Positions 11,450 through 23,100 of a DNA stretch of 64,000 nucleotides are shown one piece after another; the first letter of the stretch is position 1; each line of letters starts with the position of its first letter. The position numbers were made by a program, and so were the translations under genes. The DNA comes from Setoptus koraiensis. Lineage: Eukaryota; Animalia; Arthropoda. Below the pieces are notes generated by a model, which saw only the letters and a list, made by a program, of their open reading frames with translations, was not told the DNA's origin and did not search any database. The stretch spans positions 11,780,001 through 11,844,000 of the forward strand of contig CM106585.1 in NCBI GenBank assembly GCA_048013815.1, in the 5' to 3' direction.

Positions 11450-12813
11450 AGTCGGGCGAGGAGGAGCAGCCCACCAGCGACGACCTGGAGCAGTTCGCCA
11501 AGCAGTTCAAGCAGCGCCGCATCAAGCTCGGCTTCACCCAGGCCGACGTGGGCCTCGCCCTGGGCACCCTGTACGGGAACGTGTTCAGTCAGACCACCAT
11601 TTGCCGGTTTGAGGCGCTACAATTGTCGTTCAAGAACATGTGCAAACTGAAGCCGCTGCTGGCCAAGTGGCTCGAGGAGGCCGACAGCACCACGGGCAGC
11701 CCGACCTCCATAGATAAGATAGCCGCTCAGGGCCGCAAGCGGAAGAAGCGCACCTCTATAGAGGTGAGCGTGAAGGGGGCGCTCGAGGGCCACTTCCATA
11801 AGCAGCCCAAGCCGAGCGCGCAAGAGATCGGGGCCCTAGCGGAACAGTTGCAACTAGAGAAGGAGGTTGTGCGGGTGTGGTTTTGTAATAGGCGCCAAAA
11901 AGAGAAACGCATGACGCCCCCGACGGGGGTGATGGGCGACCAAATGTCGGGCATAATGTCTAGCGACGACGAGGCGTCGTCGCACACCATGCAACAGCAC
12001 TTGCAACAACACAACAACAATCATCTAATGCAAAACAACAACAACAACAACAGTAGCAAGCTACACTTTGGTCAAAATGACGTCGATGACGACGACGACG
12101 ACGACGATGACGACGACGGCGACGACGACGACGAGCTTGGCACTGGCAACGACGCCAACGACACCACAACCGGCCACTACAACAACGGTGCAGCGATGCT
12201 CAACGGTTTGGGCCAGCACCAACAACAACAAGACGACAACGACCGCAACAGCCGCACGGGCGGCGGCGGTGCGGCAGCCGGGCCAGCAACCAATCAGCAG
12301 CAGCAGCAGCGCGGCTCCTCGGGTCAGCAGCAGCAGCAGCATCAGCTGACCAATTTGACAGGTCACTCTGGGTTGCATGCCTCGCACCAGATGCAAATGA
12401 TGCACCAGCAGCACATGCACCAGCAGCAGCATCATCATCAGCAGCAGCAGCACCATCAGCAGCAGCACCCGATGCAGCAATTGGCAACAAGTGGCAACGA
12501 GCACCTCATTAGCGCCTATCACCAGGCTGCCCAGGGCCAATCGTCGGGTGCGTCCGCCGCATATCTCACCGGCGCCGACCTGCAGCAGCAACAGCCGTCA
12601 GCTGATCAATTGTTGGAGGCGGGCGGCCAGACGACAACCAACCACCATTTGTTACAACTCAGCAACCAGCACCACATGCACCATCAGCACCAACTGTCGG
12701 CGGCCGATCAATCCTCTCAGCAGTACGGTGCAGCTCAGCACCACATGCACCCGCACCAAGATCAGCAACACCATTTGGCGCACCATCAGAATCATCAGCA
12801 GCTCCACTTGCAC

Positions 12814-12844
<31 letters not shown>

Positions 12845-13527
12845 CGCCGCCGCCGCACCAGATGCAGCACTATTACCCGCAGCAGGCCGGTCTAGGCTCG
12901 CAAAGTCACCCGTTCTCATCTGCAACTTACACCATTCCTATGGATTCCCACCACCAGCACCACAACCAGCAGCAACAACAACAACAGCCACAACAACAGC
13001 AGCAGCTCAACAAAGAGTCTTCGTCCGATTCGACGGCCTCGTCTGCATCGTCGAGCTCCGCACCCACAGCCGATTCGTCGTCGCCCCCAACTGACGCTGC
13101 ACCGTCAGCAACTAAACCGGCACCATCAACAGCAACAACCGCGCCAATATCGGCAACAGCAGCAGCAACAACAGCAGCAACAACAACCACATCAACAACA
13201 ACAGCCGAATCATCTCATTTGCATCAGCAGCAGCAGCAGCAGTCAACGAAAAAAGAATCGTCGTCAGCGTCACCTTTCATTGATTCGATAAAATGTGAGC
13301 CCAATGTAGATTTGCATCATCAGTCGTCACCTTCGTCCACTGCGTCTAGCTCGTCCAAAAGCGGAAGTAGTAGCACATCAACCCTGGCGGCCGGCCAGCC
13401 AACTACGGCAAGCTCGACATCGGCCGTGTCACAATCGTCATCATCGTCGTCGGCCAGTGCGCCAACAACCACCAACTCCCAACAGCAACAACAACAACAA
13501 CAACAAGCTGGTTTAACTGTTCACTAA
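11450..13527 (+). CDS. vvl: POU class III transcription factor, coding exon 2: POU-specific domain, linker, POU homeodomain and 537-aa low-complexity C-terminal tail; spliced product 1408 aa
   Basis: The translation [64 protein letters not shown]...[48 protein letters not shown]...[19 protein letters not shown] is the diagnostic class III POU sequence. The [16 protein letters not shown] linker and HFHKQPKP match the arthropod Vvl type as I recall it. Stop is TAA 13525-13527. Confidence 0.96.
11464..11685 (+). other. vvl: POU-specific domain coding segment
   Basis: [13 protein letters not shown]...KWLEEAD. Confidence 0.97.
11734..11913 (+). other. vvl: POU homeodomain coding segment (60 aa)
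   Basis: [10 protein letters not shown]...[15 protein letters not shown], with the POU-diagnostic WFCNRRQ (Cys50). Confidence 0.97.
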
Positions 13528-13554
13528 TGCACTCATGATTGATACTAAATAGTA

Positions 13555-13893
13555 ATATTAATAATAATAATAATAATAGCTAGTGATAGATAGTAATCAA
13601 TAAGTAATTATCAGCAGCAGCAGTGGACTATTGTTGTCTGCCACTCTCGTTGAGCTCTCATCTCTACCTGTCTCACCTGTGTTATGTCAGCTGTGTGTTG
13701 AATGTGTGTTACACAAACAGCAACAACAACAACAACAACAACAAGCATTGGATCAAGGTTAATCAATTACTGAATTAATTAATTATTTGCTATCACCATT
13801 GCAACTACTACTATACAACTACTACCACCACCACTACCACCACCACCACCACCACCACCACTACTACTACCACAACTACTACTACTACTACTC
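13555..13893 (+). repeat. (TAA)n, (CAA)n and (CTA/CCA)n microsatellites in the presumptive 3' UTR
   Basis: Directly visible trinucleotide runs downstream of the stop codon. Confidence 0.85.
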
Positions 13894-15525
13894 AACAAAC
13901 AACATTAGTGAGAATCACAAACACATCGAGCACACTTAACGTAAGTTGCAAACGACATACGTCAGCAAATTTATACCAAATCATCTTCAATTATTCGCCA
14001 TTTTTGTTTCGATGGCGACACATCAATCAGCTTGTCACAATGTCTCTCTAGCTAGCCATTTTTGATAATATATAGGTCACACTGCCTGCTGCCTATATTG
14101 TGGGCGCCTGTCAGCTGATTTTCGCCGAGCCACTAATTGTTGTTGCAAGATTCCAGATCCGAGCATCGATTTCGATTTTTTCGGGAGCTTCCGTCGATTG
14201 CAGGCAATTGTGCACAAATTGCCAGCAACTTTGCGACCAGCCAACGATCGTTGCGCCCCCTGTGTGTCGCGTCATCGCCGGCACAATACAATATTATTTT
14301 GTATATTTTGTAATAATATTGTTGTGTGCTGAATTTTATATAATTTTGTTGTTCATGTTATTGCACGCCGACTGACAATTATAGGCCCCGTTGCGCGCTC
14401 CCTCACCGGGCCACCCGGAAACCGCGCGCGCCGATCCGTCGATTTGTCGGCCCGACGGGGCGACATTTGATTTGTGCAGCGTGTGTCGTGTGCGTCGTGT
14501 GTGTCGTGCGTGTGTTCGACGGGCCCATTTCGGCGTCGCCGCTCGGTTGCTCGGTTCGGCCTTCGAACGGGCCCCTCGAAGCCGTTTGAAGACCGAACTG
14601 AGCCGCTGAACGGCGAACCAGCTAACCGCGCTATCGCGTCATTGCTGCCGCGTTAGTGCCGTTGCCCGTTTGCCAGAATGTGCGGCGCCCGCTCGTCCCG
14701 GTCGCTCTGCCGGGCACGGTCTCGGGTTACAGTTGCCCGCTGCGGCCCGACAACTGGCCAGCGCGCCAACCAACAGCCGCAGCCAGCTGCGAGGGTGCAC
14801 GCGACAGTTGCCACGCAACCCCGGGCGCCCAAAGCCACTTTGGGCCCCTCAATCGGCCAATATTGGCCAATATCGGGCCCGCTCGACCGAGCCAATAGGC
14901 CGTGCCAAACAGCCAAGCGACAGCCAAATTGGCAAGCTCGTGCGGCGGCCTATATGGCGGCCCGGCCGCGCGGTTGTACGGCTACAACACGCCATACATA
15001 AACAAGCCTGAGTGCCGCACATATACGAGGCGGCCCGACATGGATATCCGCACGGCTATCCGCACAGCCATCCGCACAAATATCCGCTGGCTCGATCGGG
15101 CCAGCGTCGAGCGGCGGGTAGCGGCCCATTTAGCTCATGCCCTCTGGCTGGTGGACGCGGCAGCGCTGATTCCGTGATCATTTTGCGTGCCGCTCGCTCG
15201 CTGTCCGTGCGGCGCGGGCAACGTTGCGTGCCCGTCGCCGTTCACACGCATCCGCGCCACGCCGATGGCCGCCGACGGGATCGTTCGGCGCGGCTCGCTT
15301 CGGTGCTCCAGTTCGAAGCGTTCGCTGCCGTGATAGCGCCGCCCGCGGTCCGCGCGCTCAATCAGCGATGTCATGCGCCGCACCGCTGTGCCAATCGTCA
15401 TGTCGCCCTCGCTCCGTTTCGCCGTATCGGGTCTCGGCGTGTTTGTGTTTGTGTGTGGCCTATAGTTGCCGTTGCGTGCACACTTCAATTATACACTGGC
15501 AGTTTGTTTTGATTGTTGCGATTCG

Positions 15526-15600
15526 AGCGCTTCGAACGCTGCGAACGCCGCGAACGCTTCGAACGCTGCGAACGCCGCGAACGCTTCGAACGCTGCGAAC
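15526..15600. repeat. 9-bp tandem repeat (cgaacgctg/cgaacgccg/cgaacgctt), ~8 units
   Basis: Directly visible. Related units recur near 30170-30210 (reverse strand) and 33315-33360. Confidence 0.9.
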
Positions 15601-16035
15601 GATTCGAGCCGCTCGACCGTTCCGGCGCGCCGCAGCCACGAACCGCGCCGGCGATGCGAGCGGCATGAACGCCGCCAGCCACTGACCGGCAGGGGCGCTG
15701 CTCAGCGGCGTCTGCCCGATCGACGCTGCGCTGTTTATAGGCACGGTTACGGTGCGGTGTGGTCGGCGGTCGGTCGGCGCGGCACGGCGCGGCACGCACA
15801 CAATGGCGCGCTGGATGGCGTATCTCCGGAGACAACAACTTGCCGCGCGGACGGGAGCGCTCCTATATGTCGGTCCTATAAAACACTGGCCTGCGTCGGT
15901 GTGTCGCGGCAGCCAGCAACGGCGACCGGGCCACCGATTCGAGAGCTCGCCAGCGAACGCGAGCGCCGGCAACGCTCGGCAGCATGAAATAATAATAATC
16001 TTGCCACTCCGCAGAGCAGCGCTGTGTGTTTGTTT

Positions 16036-16186
16036 ACAGCGGCAACAACAGCAACAACAACAACAACAACAGCAACAACACCAGCGACAGCCGCAGCGAC
16101 AGCAGCAACAACAACAACAACGGCAACAACAACAACAGCAACGACAGCGGCAACGACAGCAGCAACAGCGACAGCGACGATAACAG
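16036..16186. repeat. Compound (CAA/CAG/CGA)n microsatellite
   Basis: Directly visible. Confidence 0.9.
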
Positions 16187-16918
16187 CGCCAGCCAGAGAT
16201 AAGTCATTCTATTCAGATTGTCAGCGATGACGGCGCCCTGAACCCCGGCCAACGCGCCCGACAAAGGCGCCCGAGTGACAGCGCCCATGATGACGCAATG
16301 TCTCGCGTTTGTCCGGCCCGGCCCGGCCCGCCGTGTCGCCCTGTTGTGGTGCTGTCGCGTTGCGGTGTCGTCGCGTTGCGGTGCCGTCGTGTTGTGGTGC
16401 CGTCGTGCACTGTGGGGCGCGGTAGTTGCTGTTGACACCGCCGGCCTCATTGTGCGTCTTGTCGTCCGCGTACAAGTGCGCCTAGACCATCTAGGCTGGA
16501 TGTCGCATGAATGTCGCGTGGATGTCGCGGCGATGCCGCGGCGATGTCGCGTGAATGTCGCGCGTACACGTACCACACGTCCGCCCGCACGGGTACACGG
16601 GGTGCGGCGCCCATTAGCGGGGCACCCGAAAGTGGGCCAGCGCGCGGATCACACTGAGCGAGCTAGCTGTGCTCGGTCGAGTCTCGATCGGGCCGCCCGA
16701 TGGCCAGCCAGCCGCTGCCATGGCGACCGCTAACGGTGCAGGCGGGCGCACACCGCGCATATCCATCATTAGTGCGGACAAGCGCACTCATAATCATTAC
16801 GTAACTTGTTCGCGTCGCGGCGCGGCTCGTGCACACACTCGCGCCACTATTAGCGCCATATCTCAGATCTTGTGTCGGGGCCGGCGCTCGTCGCCATTGT
16901 TTGTCGGTCGTTGGCGAC

Positions 16919-17030
16919 CAACAACAACAGCAGCAACGACAACAACAGCAACGACAACAACAACAGCAACGACGACAACGACAACAGCGACAACAACGAC
17001 AACAGCGACAACAACAACAGCGACAACGAC
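16919..17030. repeat. Compound (CAA/CGA/CAG)n microsatellite
   Basis: Directly visible. Confidence 0.9.
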
Positions 17031-17145
17031 CGTCGGATGGCGAGCTGGCGGCGCTTGCCGTCGGCCCACCAAGGAGCGATGCAACTTTTGTGATGACTGT
17101 TTGATAGTTTTGCTCGCATTTGTGCAATTGTCACCGTCACGACAT

Positions 17146-17146
<1 letters not shown>

Positions 17147-17177
<31 letters not shown>
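17147..17177. repeat. (CA)n dinucleotide microsatellite
   Basis: acacacacac... run. Similar runs occur at ~22550-22573 and ~45893-45961. Confidence 0.9.
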
Positions 17178-17180
<3 letters not shown>

Positions 17181-17744
17181 CCTCCCCCGGTCTCCCTCGC
17201 CCGTTGCGAGCTGCCCGGCGCACAGTGTGCGCTGTGCCAGCACAGGGGAGACCGCTCGCCAACGGCATCCACTCAACGGGAGGGACATTCATCATCGTCA
17301 GTGTGACCGACAGCGGCGCCGACAACCGCACCAGCGCCGCCGGTGACGGGGCGCCCCCTAACCGATTTTTGGCTGACTGGCCCATTTCGCAATTGTTTGC
17401 GTGCACGCCAGCAGCACACACACACACGCACGCACACAAGCAATGTGCCTATAATCGGTGGCTCCCTCTCTGACGGTTCACGGCGCCGTTTATAGGCGGT
17501 CTCGCCAGTTGCCCGTTCATCGCCGCTGGCCCGCTCGCCGGCCGGCCACCCGGCCCGCGCCGGCCCGGCGCCGCCGGCAACACAACAGCGCGTCTGGCTG
17601 GCGGGTCCGTCAACTCGCCGCATCTCGCCGTGTCTGGATTGGCGCTTTGCAAGCGGGTCGGCGCTGCAAATTCACCTGCCGACGCCGCCGCCGCAACCGC
17701 GCAGCTCGCCCGAAAGCGTCCGCTCTCGTCGACGAGGCCGGCTC

Positions 17745-17830
17745 CGACGCCAACATCGACAACAGCGACGCCAACATCGACAACAGCGACGCCAACATCG
17801 ACAACAGCGACGGCAACATCGACAACAACA
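17745..17830. repeat. 21-bp minisatellite (cgacgccaacatcgacaacag) x4
   Basis: Directly visible. Confidence 0.9.
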
Positions 17831-18580
17831 AGTTGTGCGGTTGGCGCAATCAGTCGGCGGCTCGCTGTCGTCTCACAACAGCGACGGGTTACGTAAGCAG
17901 CAGCGACTTGCCCCGATGCACTTGTCGGCTGCACCGCCGAATCGGCACCATGCACCGCCGAATCGGCGCCATGCACCAGCGATTGGTGCATGGCGCCGTT
18001 GTGCTCTGTGCAGCGCGCTGTGCGTGTGCAGCGGGCACTGTGCCACAACTGGCCGCGAGAGTGGTGCAGCCACAGATGCGGCCGTGCGAGCGGTGCTGCA
18101 CCACCGGTGCAGCCACAGATGAGTCAGCGGCGCAGGGGCGATCGCGGCACAGGGCGGCCGCGGAGCGGCGTTTCGGCACAGCGCACTTGTTGGCGCGGCG
18201 AGCGAGCGGCTGAACAGGCCAATTTCGGGCAGGATATTTCCTCGTCACTGTCAGGCCGGCTGGCTGTTTTGACAGACAGTGTTGCGCACAGTCTAGCCGG
18301 TTGCACCATCGGCACCGTCGCACCATCTCTGTTGCAGCGTCGCACCGTCGGCGGCGGCTGGCAAGCGCCGCTCGGCCGAGATGCAAGCCGATTAGCGGCG
18401 GGCGAGCAGCCAGCGACATAAAACGAAATAAAATAAAAACATAAACATGAAGAGGGCGCATAATAAACATATGCTCGGTGGCAAGCTAGTCGCAACATGT
18501 CGTGTTTGGCTGCACTTCTCAAGTGTCATATAACGTGTTGCGACTTGCGCACTTGTCACTTGCCAGCCGCCAGATTATCG

Positions 18581-18667
18581 TGTCGCTGTCGTCGTTGTCG
18601 CTGTCGTCGTTGTCGCTGTCGTCGTTGTCGTTGTTGTCGTCGTCGTCGTCGTCGTTGTTGTTGCTGC
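18581..18667. repeat. Compound (TCG/TTG)n microsatellite
   Basis: Directly visible. Confidence 0.9.
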
Positions 18668-18943
18668 TTGCGCGCCCGCAAGGCGACGCAAGGCGATAAA
18701 ACGAATTCGGTTGTTGCTGTTGTCGTCGCTAAAGTGTCAACTATTGTCACCTGTGCCAATTGCTCGCTTGGCAGTGTGTGCGGCGCCGTTGCAGCCGGCG
18801 AGCAAGTGGCACCTGGAGGCGATGACAAGCAGATAGCCGGTGCACCGCTACGGTGCCGTCGTGGTCGGGCCGGCCGGCCCGGCGGCCGACGCCCACAGGC
18901 GCGACACTCGCGATGCTTGTGAGCGGAGCGAACAATGCGCCTC

Positions 18944-19066
18944 GCCGGCGTCACAACTCCAACAATTGTCAGCCGGCGTTACAACTCCAACAATTGTCAG
19001 CCGGCGTTACAACTCCAACAATTGTCAGCCGGCGTTACGACGCGCACAACTGTCAGTCGGCGTTAT
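18944..19066. repeat. 28-bp minisatellite (acaactccaacaattgtcagccggcgtt) x3 plus a diverged 4th copy
   Basis: Unit starts at 18953, 18981, 19009. Confidence 0.9.
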
Positions 19067-20620
19067 AGGCGACACTCACCTGTCGACAGGTGAGCCGCGT
19101 CGCGGCCGCCGGGCGACTGTCAGCGCCGAGCGACTGTCAGCGCGGAGCGACTCTCGGCGCTGACGCGCTGCAACCGACAGCCAGGTAACTCACCTGTGCG
19201 CGTCGCCTGTGCGCGTCGCCCGCGTGAGTTACCCGGCCGCGGCGCTGTCACACCGAGAGACAGACAAATCAGGCGGCTGAGCCGGTTGTTGTGTCAGTAG
19301 GCGCGATCGTCGGGCGATAACGCGCCGCGCGTTATTAAAGCGCGCCCGACGGCCGCGACTGCAATTTGTCAGTGTTGCCCAATTCGCTAAATGATGACAC
19401 TGAAACGATGACACTGCAATGACGACGACTAATTGACTGATTGACTAATTGACTAATTGATTAATTGCCCGCCGATTGCCACTGATAGCTGCCGCCGAGA
19501 CGCGCTCGCTCGCTGCGCGATCGCTCAATTAGGCGACGGCGGTGCGAGCAGCCGACAGGCACTTGTCGCTCATTATCGCCCCCTCGCTGCCAATTATTCC
19601 ACTAGTTGCGACGCTCTCATCTGTTCTTTCCATCTGATCTGTTCGTCCCACCATCTGATATCGCGATTCTGTGATATGCCCATCGTAATACCATCGCAAT
19701 ATCATCGGCGCGCTGTGCCGATGATATTGCGCCGCGCTGCGATATCTCAATTCGGCGCTGGCGGTCGTCGGGCCGGCCCGTCGACAAGATTCGCGCACAG
19801 CGAGCAGATGATCGATCGTTGGCCGCCGATAATTCAATTAATCGCGCGCCAATCAACATTATTCAAGGCGCTCACCTGTCGGCGGACCGGCCGCCGGCGG
19901 CCTTCGGGCTCAAGGTTCGCCTTATCGGCCCGTCCGATCGCTCGCGTCACGAGCGCGCCCGTCGGGCCGGCCTATCGCTCGTCCGCATCTGGGCAGCGCC
20001 GCTCGGCCGTTTGTCGTCGGCTCGCCAGCAATGCCAGCAATGTGTCCCGAATCGTCAATGGCATTCTCGTCGATGGCATTCGCGTCAATGGCGCTTTCCT
20101 CAATGGACCTGTCGTCGACGGAACGCGGCGCTCGCCGGTGGCCGCGCGCGGCTCGTGATCGCGCCGACCGTCGCCGTTGCGGCCAGGCAAGCCGCCGCGC
20201 GGCACTGACAGCGACCGTCTTGTCGCTGTCACTGGTCGAGCGGTGCGACACTCGCCGCTCATCGTGAGTGACCGCCGATCGAACCGGAAGCGCCAACGGC
20301 ATTCCTGGGCCGATGGGCCGATACGGCGGCTCGTTGGCAATTTGTTCGGTTGATTTGGCGCTGATTAGCTCGCCGGCCGCGCGAGACGATTAATTGACCG
20401 ATAATCTCTCGCCGTCGGAGCCAATGCAGTCACCGTGTTGGTGGGTGGCTCGGGCGTGTGCGGCCGGCCCGTCGCAGGTTCGGCCGGTGGCTAATTGTGC
20501 GCACATGCGGAGCGACCGTTCACGCTTGTTTGCATAATAGCAACGCTTGCAATTTGTCGGGCAGCGCGCACCGCATGCAACCGCCGCACACCGCCGCAAC
20601 CGCCGCAGCCCGCCGCAACT

Positions 20621-20750
20621 AAAAGGCGCAAATAGACGAAAATAGACGAAAATAGACGCAAACGGACGCAAACGGACGCAAACGGACGCAAACGGACGCA
20701 AACGGACGCAAACGGACGCAAACGGACGCAAACGGACGCAAATGGACGCG
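20621..20750. repeat. 10-bp tandem array (aacggacgca), 8 perfect copies within 13 units
   Basis: Perfect copies at 20661-20740, flanked by aatagacgaa/aatagacgca variants. Confidence 0.95.
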
Positions 20751-22059
20751 CCGGACAGCGGCGGCAGTCACCTGTTGTCGAGTTGGCCAGCTGCCGCGTC
20801 GACAGGTCGCCGGCCCGACTGCGGCGGCGATCGCATCGGCGCAATCAATTAGCTCGATCGGCTCGGTCGGCTCGGTCGGCTCGAGTCTCGCCGCGCGCTT
20901 GCCGATACTCGGCCGAGCGGCGGCCGAATTCATGCAGATACTCGGCCGATATTGGGCACACAGAACGGAGGGTCGTGCGCAACTTATTACGGGCTCGCCA
21001 AGACACTGCGCGCATCGATCCGCCGCGTCCGTCCAATGGACGTCCCGACAGCGCAGTATGCCGGCGATACTGGCCGGTCTCACGCCACGGCCGCCATGGC
21101 AACCGTTCACCTGTCGGCCTATGTGGCCGCCGATGCGACACACACACCGAGCCCGTCGAGTGGGCAGCCAATTGAGAGCCAGTCGACAGCCGAACAGTCG
21201 ACTGGCAGCGACGAGGCATGATGACGCAATTGTGGTGGCTTCGTGGCCGCACACAAACACAACAATCCGTCCAATTTCATGATTGTTTGAATGGCTGCCG
21301 GGCCGGCGTGTTGAACAGTTTCGTTGGCCGCCAAAACTGTTGGCAACCAATGGCAATGGCAGCGCGAAACGGCCGCCAAAACGGCCAGCGATCCGCCAGA
21401 TCGTGATGCAGCGATAAAAGCTCATAATACACAAATATAATACACATTTAATTTGCGCATTATACCCGAGCATCGCATCGCTTGTCGGCCGCCATTATCC
21501 CGATGCGATGAGCGAGAATTCGTTTGCTCATGCTGCCTTGCGGGTCCGCCCGATCCACGTCAGCTCCGGCCCGAGCCACGCTGGGCCGTGGTTGGCCGAG
21601 CGCCGACCGGGCGGCTGTCGGCAGCCGCGAGCGGCCCGTCGGCGCCCAATTAGCGACTGCCAATCGCTCGGCCATGCACACACAGAAAAAAATAAATAAA
21701 ATAATTAGCGAGCGACAGCGAGCGTGACATTCGCGCAATTGCGCAAAGTTCATTAACGAGCACGCCGGTGGCGGCCATAGGTCACCGGCGCGCCGCCGAA
21801 AAGTCAACCCAACAGAGCAGTCAACCTGTGCAATTGCACTGACTAATTGTCGACACTCCGGCGAGCTCTCGAGCGAGCTCAAGGTCGCCGGTCGCCACTG
21901 CGCCAAATCAATCAATCATCATTAACTAACCTGTCCCGTCTCTCTCTGTGCCATATCTCGTCTGCCGATGAACGCATTCCAAAAATGATATCCCCAACAG
22001 GTAGTTGGCGCCGTGCCGCCAGCGCCGGCTGCAGCGCCGCAGCGGACCCGGCGAAACAT

Positions 22060-22120
22060 CGGATAAACGCCGGATAAACGCCGGATAAACGCCGGATAAA
22101 CGCCGGATAAAACGCCGGAC
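22060..22120. repeat. 11-bp tandem repeat (cggataaacgc) x5
   Basis: Directly visible. Confidence 0.9.
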
Positions 22121-22949
22121 AAAACAAACAAGATGCGCCCGCGAGCGGCCCGACCGACACAGTGACCTGCGGGGGCGGGAGCGGGCCCGCCCGGCAGTGG
22201 CCAGCACCAATCAACCAATCAAAACCGCAACCATTTCAGGATGACTCCGCCAACGGCGGGCCGGTGGCCGGGCCGCAGCAGCCGCCGCCGCCGCCGCGTT
22301 TCGTTTGCGTTGCGGCGGCGGCGGCGCGCCTGCCATCGTGCTCGCCCGTGACAACATACGTGCAATTCTAGCAACTATACCAATTGCGACATAGCCATAC
22401 CCGTTGCGCCGACTATACCCGTTGCGACACCAATCGGCGGCCACACAACAAAACGGCCCGCGCGACCCGTCGACGGGCAGCCGCCTCGTTCCTATTTGCT
22501 GGCCGGCCCGCCGGCCCAGCTCACGCAGTTACTGGTTGGTCATCGCAACACACACACACACACACACACACACAAATATGTGCATTATCATTATTATGTA
22601 ATACATGCTGTAATATATGTAATATTATAAGTGTTATTATGTAATATGTTGAGCTGAGGCCGCCGCGGCCCGACATTACTTGACGCAAGAGCACAAACAA
22701 TGTTTTTAGATTGAATCAACACACACACACTCGCAATTCGCGCCCCAATTTTACACCCGAATCGCGCCCCATCGGCGGCGCCCGATTGTACACACAGCAA
22801 GCTGGCGAAACAACTGTAAATAGGATATAATTAAATCGCATGGGCGCACCCACGGCTTGTCTAGACTCTAGACAGTATCTGATGTTTAAATAAAGCAACC
22901 AATTCAATTGACGCCGCGCGCCCGACTCTAAAATTTGACAATGCGTTCC

Positions 22950-23100
22950 GAAATTCCCCGAAGATTTTGAATTTTTTCGAATTTTATTGGAATTTTCCGA
23001 GTTTTTCCGAATTTTTCCGAATTTCCCGATTTGTTTTGAATTTTTTCGAATTCTCGCAATCTTATTCGGATTATTGCCTTTTTTTCGGATTCTTCCGTAT
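22950..23100. repeat. Degenerate ~10-bp periodic T-tract array (consensus ATTTTTCCGA), ~15 units
   Basis: attttttcga attttattgg aattttccga gtttttccga atttttccga atttcccgat ttgttttgaa ttttttcgaa. Confidence 0.85.

Noticed and set aside
9147-13190. Antisense ORFs overlapping vvl (polyL/V/C)
   Set aside because: They are mirror translations of CAG/CAA/CAC codon runs.
13525-13545. Stop-codon readthrough at the vvl stop as in Drosophila
   Set aside because: The stop is TAA (least leaky) and an in-frame TGA follows after four codons.
14285-14360. Possible polyadenylation region (AATACA/AATATA plus U/GU-rich DNA)
   Set aside because: There is no canonical AATAAA until ~18427, so the 3' end cannot be placed from sequence alone.
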